Source: an uncultured delta proteobacterium (GTDB lineage Bacteria; Myxococcota_A; Polyangia; Polyangiales; Polyangiaceae). From it: 64,000 nucleotides of DNA. Made by a program: the position numbers and the translations under genes. Position 1 is the first letter of the stretch; the number at the start of each line of letters is the position of its first letter. Of the stretch, positions 9,504 through 19,014 are shown in pieces. The stretch is from positions 480,001-544,000 of the forward strand of contig CAWAIF010000002.1 in NCBI GenBank assembly GCA_963782055.1. The letters are read 5' to 3'. A model generated the notes under the pieces. It was not told the DNA's origin. It made no database searches and saw nothing but the letters and a program-made list of their open reading frames with translations.

Positions 9504-9627
9504 GAGGAGCGCGGGAGGGCGCGGGGAGTCGCGGGGGGTCGCGAGTGGACAGTCGAGGATCCACGCGGATTTCCCGCGGATCGCGCGCGGTCGCGATGGA
9601 CCCGTCCGTGCAGTGTGCACGGGTACC

Positions 9628-11145
9628 ATGGTCGTCTCGCGATCGCTCGTCCGCCTGCTCGTCGTCGCCGCGCTCTCCCCGCTCGCCGTCGCCGCGTGCT
9701 CCTCCGCGCCGCCCACCGACGAGGAGGTCGCGCAGAGCACCGCCGAGGCGCTGACCGGCGACGACGCCGTCTCCCGCGCCGAGGACTGGGTGGCGGTGAA
9801 GCTGCACTACTGCCAGGCCCCCAACCACAAGCACGACTACGACGCGGCGTGCTCCTCCACCTGCAACCGCTACAGCAACCCGCAGTGGGACCCCTACCGC
9901 TCCGATTGCTCCGGCCTGGTGTCCTGGGCGTGGGGGCTGCCTGCGCCTGGCCGCGTGACCACGCAGTTCGCCCCCTTCCAGACCGACATCTCCAAGGCCA
10001 TCTCCGCCATCGACCTGGCGCCGGGCGACGCGGTGAACAACTCGGAGCACGTCATGCTCTTCAAGAAGTGGGTGACGAAGGGCAAGAGCGCGGTCTTCAT
10101 CGAGGAGCCGGGCTGCTCCGTCTCGACGCCGTACGCGCACGAGCTCACCTCCAACGTCTCCCTCAACGGCAGCTCCATCTACGTGAGCTACGAGGGTGCG
10201 AGCTTCACCGCCATCCACTACAAGGCGATGCAGCCGCCCAACACCGCGCCGCGCGGCTACCTCGACGCCGCCGACTGCACCGCGCTCGCGGGCTGGGCGC
10301 AGGACCAGGACACGCCGGACAAGGCCATCTCGGTGGACCTGTACTTCGACGCGAAGGCGGGGGGCACCGGCGGCTCCGGCTCGCTCCGCACCACCGCGAA
10401 CCAGTCGCGCGCCGACCTGTGCAAGAACATCGGCTCCTGCGACCACGGCTACTCGGTGGCGCCGCCGCGCAGCCTGCGCGACGGCAAGAAGCACACGGTC
10501 TACGCCTACGGCATCGACTCCTCCGGCAAGGGCCCCAACCCGATGCTGAGCGCCGCGCCGAAGAGCTTCACCTGCGACCCGCCCGCGCCGCCCTTCCCGC
10601 CGGGCGTGAAGCGCTGGGTGAAGAGCGTCAAGGTGGCGGGCGCGTGGAACATCGACCTGTTCACCGACGTGGCGCCGGAGCCGCCCGCGCTCGTCGACAC
10701 CTACCCGCGCGGCGACGACCTGCCCGCGGCCCCGGTGGTGGTGCAGGCGGACGACGGCACGCCGGAGGTGTGGGTGGTGGACGGCCCCGAGCGCCGCCAC
10801 GTCATCAACCCGGCGTCGCTGAAGGCGTGGGGCTTCACCGTGACGCCGTGGCCGGCGGCGAAGGTGCAGGCCCTCACGCAGGGGCCCGACTGGCCGGCGA
10901 AGCCCTTCGCCCTGCGCGCCGCCGGCAATCCGGCCGTCTACGTGCTGGACGTCGCGGCCCCATCCACCGACCCCGGCGGCCCGCTCCCGGGCAATCCCGG
11001 CTCCTCCGGCGCCGCCCCGGGCGACCCGCAGGCCGGCGCGACGGGCTGCTCCGCCGCGCCCGGGTCGGCGAGCGCGAGCTCCGGCCTGTGGCTCCTGGCT
11101 GCGCTCGCCCTCGTCCGTCGCAAGAGGTCGCCGTCCGCTCGATGA
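9628..11145 (+). CDS. NlpC/P60-like cysteine peptidase lipoprotein with a MYXO-CTERM tail
   Basis: Lipobox VAAC; YRSDCSGLVSWAWG and HVMLF catalytic motifs; C-terminus GCSAAPG...LWLLAALALVRRKR. Confidence 0.8.
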   Translation: MVVSRSLVRLLVVAALSPLAVAACSSAPPTDEEVAQSTAEALTGDDAVSRAEDWVAVKLHYCQAPNHKHDYDAACSSTCNRYSNPQWDPYRSDCSGLVSWAWGLPAPGRVTTQFAPFQTDISKAISAIDLAPGDAVNNSEHVMLFKKWVTKGKSAVFIEEPGCSVSTPYAHELTSNVSLNGSSIYVSYEGASFTAIHYKAMQPPNTAPRGYLDAADCTALAGWAQDQDTPDKAISVDLYFDAKAGGTGGSGSLRTTANQSRADLCKNIGSCDHGYSVAPPRSLRDGKKHTVYAYGIDSSGKGPNPMLSAAPKSFTCDPPAPPFPPGVKRWVKSVKVAGAWNIDLFTDVAPEPPALVDTYPRGDDLPAAPVVVQADDGTPEVWVVDGPERRHVINPASLKAWGFTVTPWPAAKVQALTQGPDWPAKPFALRAAGNPAVYVLDVAAPSTDPGGPLPGNPGSSGAAPGDPQAGATGCSAAPGSASASSGLWLLAALALVRRKRSPSAR

Positions 11146-11184
11146 GCGCACCGCAAGCGTAAGAGCGCGAGGCTCCCCCCCCCC

Positions 11185-11886
11185 GGGGTTACCGTCCAGT
11201 CGATAACCGACACCTCGGACGGTGACGACCGCCTCGCCTGCAACTCCGAGCTTCGCCCGAAGGCGAGCGATGGCCTCGGCTACTGCGTGGGAGCGTGCGG
11301 TTGGTGATTCGGTGCTTCGAGCCAACGCCGCGGTGGTGACGGGCGCCGGCGCACTCACCGCCAGCCGGGAGAGAAGCGCAAACTCGTTCGTCGTGACGGC
11401 GACGTCCGTGCCATCCACCCGCACGCTGCGGGCAACGTGATCGATCTCGATGCGACCAATCCTCAGGTCCGCCCGGACGTCGATGGTTCCGGACGAGCGC
11501 CGCACGAGGCGCCTGATGCGCGCCTTGAGCTCGGCCAGGCGCTCGAGAGGTGAAGCCACCACATCATCGGCCCCGGCTTCGAGCGCAGCCGCGAAGTCCT
11601 CCGGGGACCAGTCTCGCCCAGAGTAGAGGAGCACCGGAATGGGCTGCCCCATGGCACGGATCGCCCTCGCGAGCTCCGGACCGTCCAGCACGCCGGGCCG
11701 CGGCATACTCATCGACCCGGCGAGGCACCAGTCGCTGACGAGGATGTCGACTGCGTCCCGCATCAGCACGCGAAGCGCTTGCTCCGCGCTCGTCGCCTCC
11801 ACGCACCCGAGGCCATCCGATCGCAGTGCCGCGGCGAGGTGCCGTCGAACGGCGCTGTCGTCATCCACGAGAAGACACCGGACCAC
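11185..11886 (-). CDS. OmpR-type response regulator (receiver + winged helix); atypical, with no in-frame stop after the wHTH domain
   Basis: LLVDDD, VSDW and ALEAGADD receiver motifs; LRAKLG...VTVRGVGYRL; the frame stays open downstream, so the end is approximate. Confidence 0.65.
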
Positions 11887-11923
11887 GACTCGAGGCTACG
11901 CTCAATCTCCTGGCACGTGAAGC

Positions 11924-11953
11924 ACGCCGCGCACGGGAGGGCCAGCGCGAGCC
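11924..11953. repeat. 30-bp direct repeat copy (partner at 13168-13197)
   Basis: acgccgcgcacgggag[g/c]gccagcgcgagcc, 1 mismatch. Confidence 0.8.
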
Positions 11954-12013
11954 GGCTGGCGGCCTTCCGGGCTTCGACACGCCCGTGAGCTGTCCTCACG
12001 AGTCGCCCAGCCT

Positions 12014-13252
12014 TCACAAGCCCGGCACCCGGTAGACTGCGACGTGGTCCGTGCACTCGCGCTCTGTCGGCTTGGGGTCGTCAGGTGGGGCGAAGCACTC
12101 CACGCCGCCGCCGAGCAGGATGGCGCAGATCAGGCCGGTCTGCGGTGCGATCGCGGAGACCGGGCCGGAGAACTCCGCGGTGAGCGCCACCGGAGACCAA
12201 GGCGTCGGACAGTAGAAGCTCCCCCAGCAGAGGACGTTCCGGTCGGTCGTGATCGCGCACGCATGCTGGCCGCTGGCCGTGAGCTGGGCGACGCCGGAGG
12301 AGAGGCCGAGCACGTCGAGGGGCTGGCCGGACGCGTGAAGCTGGATGAAGTCGTCACCGGTGCCGAGCGCGCCGAAGCCGTTGCGTCCCCAGCACTGGAC
12401 CCGGCCTGTTGCATCGAGGGCGCAGGAGAAGTAGATGCCGCTGGCCACGGCGCGGGTCGGGCTGGCGAGGCCCTGGATGGTGATGGGGGAGCTCGTCGCG
12501 TACGAACCCTGCAAAACAAGGCTCATGTCCTGGGGATCGTCGCTCCCGCGGCAGGCGACGCTTCCGTCCGGGTGGATCCCGCACTCGTGCGTCGCCCCGA
12601 CGGAGAAGGAGACCCAGGGCCCCGGTAGATGCACGATGATCTCCCCTGCACTGTGAAAATTCTCCGTGCAGTCCACCGCGCCAACGTCGTCCAGCGCGCA
12701 CAACGTGGGGTTGTCGCCGCTGTAGACATGGCGGTACTTCGCCTCAGCCCGTCCCCATGAGAAGAGGCCGGCAGCTCGCGCCGATTGGCACAGAATCTGG
12801 CCGTCACCCGCGAGAATGCATACCGAATCTCCGACGCGCGCGATCTCGCGCGCGGGCTTGGGGAAGAGGACCTGCGACGGCGTCGACGTGAATTCGCTGA
12901 ACCTGGCGTCTTCACCCCCCGACCAGCACCATACGGAGCCGTCGGAGCGTCTCGCACACGCAGTTCCCGGCCCCACGGTGATAGCGGTGACGGAGCAGCA
13001 GCCCCCGTCGCACGGCGCGAGCCCGGGCTTGCACGTCGGGGCGCACTTCTCGTCCACGCACGATGTCTGCATGCCGGGGTCTGCGGTAGGGCACACCACC
13101 CCGCCGCAGCTCGTCCTGCTGCGGGGCGACGCGTCCAGCGCCGTGCGGGAGCCGCAGGCGAGCGCCAACGCCGCGCACGGGAGCGCCAGCGCGAGCCTGC
13201 TCCTCCTAGAGCGAGAACGGCTCGAGGAAGAAGGGGGCGCTGGATCCGCCAT
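12014..13252 (-). CDS. RCC1-repeat (beta-propeller) lipoprotein; start uncertain
   Basis: LALACGSRT lipobox; Cys-rich linker; repeats G..H/AC.....G.V.CWG(.N..G.LG). Confidence 0.8.
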   Translation of the reverse strand: MADPAPPSSSSRSRSRRSRLALALPCAALALACGSRTALDASPRSRTSCGGVVCPTADPGMQTSCVDEKCAPTCKPGLAPCDGGCCSVTAITVGPGTACARRSDGSVWCWSGGEDARFSEFTSTPSQVLFPKPAREIARVGDSVCILAGDGQILCQSARAAGLFSWGRAEAKYRHVYSGDNPTLCALDDVGAVDCTENFHSAGEIIVHLPGPWVSFSVGATHECGIHPDGSVACRGSDDPQDMSLVLQGSYATSSPITIQGLASPTRAVASGIYFSCALDATGRVQCWGRNGFGALGTGDDFIQLHASGQPLDVLGLSSGVAQLTASGQHACAITTDRNVLCWGSFYCPTPWSPVALTAEFSGPVSAIAPQTGLICAILLGGGVECFAPPDDPKPTERECTDHVAVYRVPGL

Positions 13253-14807
13253 ACAGGACCTCGTAGCCACAGGTTGGGGTGTCGAGCCCGATCGTGCGGG
13301 CGAAATTGTCGTAGTTGCTCGTGCTCGTGTCGTAGGTGAAGAGCTGGTTGGGAAAACCGAGCGAGGGCGGGAGCGACGGCGGCAGGAAAGCGCCGCCGTT
13401 GAGCCCCGTCGCCATGACCCGGACGCCCCCAAAGTCCGAGGTTCCCGGGTACCTGACGTTGTCCTCGTTCGACAGATGGGCGAGCGCGAAGGTTTCCGTC
13501 GTCGTGTTCGTCGAGAACAGCACCGAGGGGGCCACGTCGTCGTACTCCACGTCGCCGATGGGGGCACCGTCCCCTGGTCGTCCTGGACCTCCTGATGGAA
13601 GAGCCGGTTCCAGGTCATGTCGAAGGGCGCCGTCTGGGAGAGGTCGATGCGCAAGCCGAACGGCTGGCCGCTGTGGGTGTCCGGGTGCCAGATGGGGACG
13701 GCGAACGCGACCGTCTGGAGCATCGGGTCCATCGTGATGGCCGCGTCCTGCCAGTTCCGGTAGCTCCCGATGCACTCCGGATGGTGGGGATCGCTGGCGA
13801 TCGGGCCGAGATCCGTCCAGTCGGCGTCTCCATCGTGCCACGCGATGGCGGACCAGCGGACCTTGCGAACGACTCCCGGACACTCCGGGCTCCGGGGGGT
13901 AGCCGTCGTCCGGGCCGACGCCGACGATCACGGTCTGGTGCTGCACGCACGTACCCTGCGTGACGGCGCACTTGCCCACGGCGAAGCGGAAGTAGCCCTT
14001 CGCAATGTGGGGGTGGAAGGCGGACGGCAGCGGCACTTCACTATAGAAATGGTAGGCGGCCTGAGTGACAGGGTCGAGAGTCCACTTCTGCACATGCCAG
14101 CCGTAGTAGTAGCCGTCGTATGGGTCCCCGGTGTAGTAGCTGATGTACAGGTCGGAGTTGTCCTGGGCAACCTGGGCGTAGAAGGGCGTGCTGTTGCACC
14201 CGTTGCCGCCATTGTTCGAGGCACACGACGCATTGTCCACCACCACCTGCGGTGTTCCCCACTGGCTGCTCCCGTCCGTGGAGACCACGACGGCCACCCC
14301 CGAAGTGCCGTACCCGACGCCGGGATCGAAGCTGTTCGCGTCCGCGAAGTTGGTCACGGTGACGAAGTGACCGGCAAGATGCGGAATCGCGAAAGTCTGC
14401 GCGTTGTCCGTGTACTGGACGAAGGGCGCGCTCAGCACGCCGGAGGGCGGGCCCCACACCGTCGTGGCATCGCCGTGCTGGAGGCTCTGCGGGGGCGATC
14501 CAGTCGTCCACGTCATGAAGCCGAGCCGCCGGTAGGGCTCGTTGTAGGTGTACGTGGCGAGGTGAAGGGGGTTGTCGCCAAAGAACCCTACGTTGAATGC
14601 CGCGCTCTCGTTGTACGCGTCGAGCACATCGGGGAAGCCGAAGGCGCTCTCGGTGCTCAGCGTCGTCGCCTGAGACGTGGTCCCCAGGTCCTCCGCGGTG
14701 GGCGCGCAGCCCCCCAGGGCGACGACGAAGAGCGTGGCGGCGAGACGGCTGATACGAAGCGGCAGACGCGTGCTGAGAGAGAGAACTGGATACGTGCCCA
14801 TGATCAC
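13206..14807 (-). CDS. Large propeller-like lipoprotein, distant paralogue of 49038/51296; two compensating frameshifts (about 13895 and 13560)
   Basis: Lipobox LGGC; Asp-box-like VVSTDGSSQW; the central ~110 aa are Arg/Pro-rich in frame but read PECPG..RWSAIAWHDGDADWTDLG...ECIGSY in the adjacent frame. Confidence 0.65.
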   Translation of the reverse strand: MIMGTYPVLSLSTRLPLRISRLAATLFVVALGGCAPTAEDLGTTSQATTLSTESAFGFPDVLDAYNESAAFNVGFFGDNPLHLATYTYNEPYRRLGFMTWTTGSPPQSLQHGDATTVWGPPSGVLSAPFVQYTDNAQTFAIPHLAGHFVTVTNFADANSFDPGVGYGTSGVAVVVSTDGSSQWGTPQVVVDNASCASNNGGNGCNSTPFYAQVAQDNSDLYISYYTGDPYDGYYYGWHVQKWTLDPVTQAAYHFYSEVPLPSAFHPHIAKGYFRFAVGKCAVTQGTCVQHQTVIVGVGPDDGYPPEPGVSGSRSQGPLVRHRVARWRRRLDGSRPDRQRSPPSGVHRELPELAGRGHHDGPDAPDGRVRRPHLAPGHPQRPAVRLAHRPLPDGALRHDLEPALPSGGPGRPGDGAPIGDVEYDDVAPSVLFSTNTTTETFALAHLSNEDNVRYPGTSDFGGVRVMATGLNGGAFLPPSLPPSLGFPNQLFTYDTSTSNYDNFARTIGLDTPTCGYEVLYGGSSAPFFLEPFSL

Positions 14808-15007
14808 GTCCGAGCGCGACTCTACGGGCGCAAGGCAAGTTGCACGTCCATATCGCGTCCATAATTGCGATCTTCAATGCTCTCCATACCTAGGCGGGAT
14901 CGAGCCTGGAGGATTGGTTCCCGTTGTTCCCACGCCAGGCCTACCGGCGAGGAGCGGGATGCAGGCCGGGATGCGTCGCTTCCCTGCCTCCCCTCTCCCT
15001 GTGATCA

Positions 15008-15511
15008 CTACTTCTTCTTGAACTTCCGCTTCAGCGCCTTGCACACCGCCGGCGGCGCGTAGCGGCTCACGTCGCCGCCGTGGCTGGCGATCTCGCGCAC
15101 CAGCGACGCCGAGAGGAAGCCGTGCTTGGTGCGCGTGGGCAGGAAGATGGTGTCCACCTCGGGGTGCAGGTCGGCGTTGGCGTGGGCGATCTGCAGCTCG
15201 TACTCGAAGTCTGTCGCGGCGCGCAGGCCGCGCACGATGACGCGCGCGCCGATCTTCCGGCAGAACTCGATGAGCAGGCCGTCGAAGGAGTCGACCGTCA
15301 CGTTGGGGTAGTTCTTGGCGACGCCCGCCACCAGGCGCGTGCGCTCGGCGATGGAGAAGAGCGGATCGCGCGTGGGGTGCACGCCGAGCGCGACGACCAC
15401 GTCGGAGAAGAGCGCCGACGCGCGCTCGATGAGATCGACGTGGCCGAGGGTGATGGGATCGAAGCTGCCGGCGTACACGGCGAGCCGCGCGATGGGCGGG
15501 TGGTTCGTCAC
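15008..15511 (-). CDS. coaD: Pantetheine-phosphate adenylyltransferase
   Basis: YAGSFDPITLGH, VRGLRAATDFEYE and SASLVREIA motifs. Confidence 0.97.
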   Translation of the reverse strand: MTNHPPIARLAVYAGSFDPITLGHVDLIERASALFSDVVVALGVHPTRDPLFSIAERTRLVAGVAKNYPNVTVDSFDGLLIEFCRKIGARVIVRGLRAATDFEYELQIAHANADLHPEVDTIFLPTRTKHGFLSASLVREIASHGGDVSRYAPPAVCKALKRKFKKK

Positions 15512-16818
15512 GGGCGCACTCCGCGGGTGCCCTGGGCCTTCGGGTCGGGCAGCACGCTCGGGTCCGGCAGCATGGGCGGCGGCGCGGGCGCCGGCGGGGT
15601 CCCCATGGTCATCGTCGGATCGGGCTCCAGCCAGACGTACTTGCCGCCATCGGCGAAGGTGACGCGGAAGGCCTCCAGCAGGCCGGCGCCGAAGATGCCG
15701 CCCGGGTGGACGTCCATCGCCGGAAGGTGGCTGCGCAGGGAGGTGAAGGAGAAGGCGGGCACGCCGGGGAAGCTCATCCCCCCGATGCCGAGGGAGGGCA
15801 GGCGTCCCGCCTTGGCGTTGGGGATCTGCGCTGTCGCCACCAGCGTCTTGGGGTCGACGCCCGCCTTCAGCCAGAGGCTCTGGTCGACGGCGACGGAGTA
15901 AGGCTGCGCGCTGTCGACGAAGAAGGTGGAGGTGCCGTCCTCCCGCGGGGAGACCTGCGCGCGCAGGAGCATGCCGCCGCCGCGCACGTAGTAGAGGGGG
16001 ACGCGGCTGGCGTCGGGCGGGGGAGGCGGCTCGCTCTGACGCACCACGAACTGCGCGCCGCGGCGATCGAAGGTGGCGTGCAGGTGGCGCAGCAGGTTGA
16101 CGCCGAGCAGCGCCTTGATGGGCGCGCCGATCTGCCGCGAGACTCCGGAGAGGTCCTTCGTGAGCGCGGGGATGTCGTGGACGTCGATGGAGTCGCCGAA
16201 GCGCATCGACACCCAGGTGGGCTCGGTGCGCGACGCGGCGTCGATGACCACCTCCGCGCTGCCGGTGGCCACCATCGTCAGCACCTTCTCGCCCTCAAGC
16301 TCGCAGGGGACGATGAGCGCGGAGCCGGCGGGGGGCATGTCCACCTCCGCCACCACGCCGCCCTCCATCGCGAAGGGGTGGCGGCCGGAGCCCTTGCGCG
16401 CGAGCCGCGCGATGTCGCGAGCCCAGGGGTCCTTGACGTCGGGGTCCTCGAGCATGGCGTCGAGCTCGTCGGCGGCGCCATCGATGTCGTCGGAGTACCA
16501 GTCGGCGCGGCCGCGCAGGCCGTGGGCCTCCGAGCTCGTCGCGCCGGCGGTGAGCTCGAGCGTCGCGGCGAAGTCCAGGTGGGCCAGCGCGATGCGCGCC
16601 CCGAGCGTGCGCACGCCGCGGTCGTGCGGGGCGACGCGCAGCGCCTGGTCCACCGACTCCTTCGCGTCCTCGAAGTCGCCCTGCCGGTAGCTCTCCTGCG
16701 CGCGCCTCAGCCACTTCTCGGCGAGGGGGGGGCGCTGGGGCACGTTGGACGCCGGCCCGCACGCGGCGCCGAGGCCCAGGAGCGCACCCAGAAGGAGCGG
16801 GGCGGAAGCACGACGCAT
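15508..16818 (-). CDS. TPR-containing lipoprotein with degenerate aspartyl-protease-like C-terminal domains
   Basis: Lipobox GAAC; TPR helices; ATGS...ALLGVNLL and VDSA...GIFGAGLL..F.VT retropepsin-like patterns. Confidence 0.65.
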   Translation of the reverse strand: MRRASAPLLLGALLGLGAACGPASNVPQRPPLAEKWLRRAQESYRQGDFEDAKESVDQALRVAPHDRGVRTLGARIALAHLDFAATLELTAGATSSEAHGLRGRADWYSDDIDGAADELDAMLEDPDVKDPWARDIARLARKGSGRHPFAMEGGVVAEVDMPPAGSALIVPCELEGEKVLTMVATGSAEVVIDAASRTEPTWVSMRFGDSIDVHDIPALTKDLSGVSRQIGAPIKALLGVNLLRHLHATFDRRGAQFVVRQSEPPPPPDASRVPLYYVRGGGMLLRAQVSPREDGTSTFFVDSAQPYSVAVDQSLWLKAGVDPKTLVATAQIPNAKAGRLPSLGIGGMSFPGVPAFSFTSLRSHLPAMDVHPGGIFGAGLLEAFRVTFADGGKYVWLEPDPTMTMGTPPAPAPPPMLPDPSVLPDPKAQGTRGVRP

Positions 16819-16889
16819 CAAGAATTCGACCCCGAGCCGGAGGCGCGGGCGACGAAGGAGACCGAGCGAGGGCTCAGGCCGAGGGAAGG

Positions 16890-17732
16890 TCATGAATTCT
16901 CCGGCGTCGCGCCCGGGGCACCTACGCGGAGGATGCGGTCGGCCCGCAGCTCTCTCCGGCCACGACTGGGAAGCTGATAGCCCATCACCCGGGGCGGGTC
17001 GAGCCCGGCGCGCACCTCGGTCAGGACCATGGTCATGGTCTCGGGGGACCGGCGGGACGGGCGGTAGACCAGCTCGACCGGCGCGCCGTACTTCGCGGCC
17101 GCCTCGCACGCCTCCACGATGGCCGCGCGCGCCCGCCGCTCGGCGATCCGCACCTCCCAGAGATCGCGCACGCTCACCGGCGCGAGCACCGCCATGCACC
17201 GCGCGAAGACCTCCCGCAGGGCGCGCACGTCGTCGCCGGCGCGGTGCGCCCGCCCGCGCGGGATCTCCAGGTGCGTGCAGAGGGCGTCGAGGGAGTAGCT
17301 CTGCAGGGCGAAGGAACGCCGCGCGAGGGTGAGGGTGTCCACCCAGTGCTCCACCGCGAAGGTGCGGCCCGCCCGCTTCAGCTCGGCGTTGAGGAAGCGC
17401 GCGTCCCACACCGCGGCGTGGGCGACGAAGACGGCGCCCTCCAGGAGCGTCTCCACCTGCGACGCGATCTCGGCGAAGGGGGGAGCCCCGACGAGCATGG
17501 CGTCGTCGATGCCGTGGACGTGGGAGGCGCCGCCCACCCGTGAGGGCGGCATCACCAGCTGCTCCATCGACGCCTCCAGCCGGTCCCCCACGCGGCGCTC
17601 GACGCACACCTCCACGACGAAGTCGTGCGCGGCGTCCAGGCCTGTCATCTCCAGGTCGACGAAGGCGAGCGGCGCCTCGGCGACGGGCAGGTCCCAGGGC
17701 GGACCCGGCGGCGGGCCTTCCTTCGCGCTCAC
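16890..17732 (-). CDS. DEDDh 3'-5' exonuclease with a C-terminal WYL-like domain
   Basis: VDLEMTG, AH...D and AHRAGDD exonuclease motifs; C-terminal VELVY...GYQLPSRGRRELRADRI. Confidence 0.8.
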   Translation of the reverse strand: MSAKEGPPPGPPWDLPVAEAPLAFVDLEMTGLDAAHDFVVEVCVERRVGDRLEASMEQLVMPPSRVGGASHVHGIDDAMLVGAPPFAEIASQVETLLEGAVFVAHAAVWDARFLNAELKRAGRTFAVEHWVDTLTLARRSFALQSYSLDALCTHLEIPRGRAHRAGDDVRALREVFARCMAVLAPVSVRDLWEVRIAERRARAAIVEACEAAAKYGAPVELVYRPSRRSPETMTMVLTEVRAGLDPPRVMGYQLPSRGRRELRADRILRVGAPGATPENS

Positions 17733-18931
17733 CGCTCCACGAGCATGGCGATGCCCTGCCCCACGCCGATGCAGAGCGCCGCCATGCCGCGCTTCGCCTC
17801 GCGCGCCTTCATCGCGTGGAGCAGCGTGCCGAGCACGCGGCACCCGCTCATGCCGATGGGGTGGCCCAGCGCGATGGCGCCGCCCAGCACGTTGACCTTG
17901 CTCGCGTCCAGGCCCAGGCCGCGGATGCACGCGATGGACTGCGCGGCGAAGGCCTCGTTCAGCTCCACCAGGTCCAGGTCCTCCGCCTTCCAGCCGGCCC
18001 GCGCGAGCGCCTTCTTGCCGGCGGGGATGGGCCCCTCCCCCATGAAGTTGGGCTCCACCGCGGCGGTGGCGTACGCGACGACGCGCGCGATGGGCGTGAG
18101 CTTCTCGGCGCGCAGCACCTCCTCGCTCACCACCAGCGCGGCGGCGGCGCCGTCGTTGATGGGAGAGCTGTTGCCCGCGGTGACCGTCCCGCCCTTGCGG
18201 AAGACCGCGGGCAGCTTGGCGAGCGCCTCCATCGTCACGCCGGGGCGCGGCGACTCGTCCTTCTCGAAGAGCACCGGCTCCCCCTTCTTCTGCGGCACGC
18301 GCAGCGGGACGATCTCGGCGTCGAAGGCGCGAAGCTCCAGCGCGGCCGACGCCTTCTTCTGCGAGCCGAGGGCGAAGGTGTCCTGCTCCTCGCGGGTGAT
18401 CTTCCACTTCTCGGCGACGTTCTCCGCCGTCTCTCCCATCGAGTGGAGGGGGAAGCGCTCCTTCATGCGCGGGTTCTCGAAGCGCCAGCCGATGGTGGTG
18501 TCGTAGATGGCGGGGACGGTCCGGCCGAAGGCCTCCTCGCTCTTCTTCATCACGTAGGGCGCGCGCGTCATGCTCTCCACGCCGCCGGCGACGACCACGT
18601 CGGCGTCGCCCGTCTGGATGCGCATCGCCGCGTCGATGACGGCCTCCAGGCCGGAGCCGCACAGGCGGTTCACCGTGACCGCGGGGATCTCGTACGGGAG
18701 GCCGGCGAGCAGGGTGGCCATGCGGGCGACGTTGCGGTTGTCCTCCCCCGCCTGGTTGGTGGAGCCGAAGACGACCTGGTCGAGGCGCGGCTTCAACGCG
18801 GCGTTGCGCTCGAGCAGCGCGTAGAGCACGTGCGCGGCGAGGTCGTCGGTGCGGACGGAGGCGAGGCCGCCGCGGTACTTCCCGATGGGCGTGCGGACGG
18901 CGTCGACGAGGTAGGCGGTGCGAAGAGACAT
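17729..18931 (-). CDS. Acetyl-CoA C-acyltransferase (thiolase, PcaF/PaaJ-like)
   Basis: NRLCGSG, NEAFAAQ, GHPIG and CIGVGQG motifs. Confidence 0.95.
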   Translation of the reverse strand: MSLRTAYLVDAVRTPIGKYRGGLASVRTDDLAAHVLYALLERNAALKPRLDQVVFGSTNQAGEDNRNVARMATLLAGLPYEIPAVTVNRLCGSGLEAVIDAAMRIQTGDADVVVAGGVESMTRAPYVMKKSEEAFGRTVPAIYDTTIGWRFENPRMKERFPLHSMGETAENVAEKWKITREEQDTFALGSQKKASAALELRAFDAEIVPLRVPQKKGEPVLFEKDESPRPGVTMEALAKLPAVFRKGGTVTAGNSSPINDGAAAALVVSEEVLRAEKLTPIARVVAYATAAVEPNFMGEGPIPAGKKALARAGWKAEDLDLVELNEAFAAQSIACIRGLGLDASKVNVLGGAIALGHPIGMSGCRVLGTLLHAMKAREAKRGMAALCIGVGQGIAMLVER

Positions 18932-19014
18932 GGCCGCGGCACAGTAGCACCGGAGCGCGTGGATCGAAGGGGGCTGTGGACGCGTCGCCCCGGGCGACTA
19001 AGCTAGGGGCTTCG

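Noticed and set aside
8596..11886. Genuine 1096-aa response regulator-PNP fusion protein
   Set aside because: The middle ~580 aa are antisense to a clear NlpC/MYXO-CTERM gene, and PNP has its own plausible ATG at 9441.
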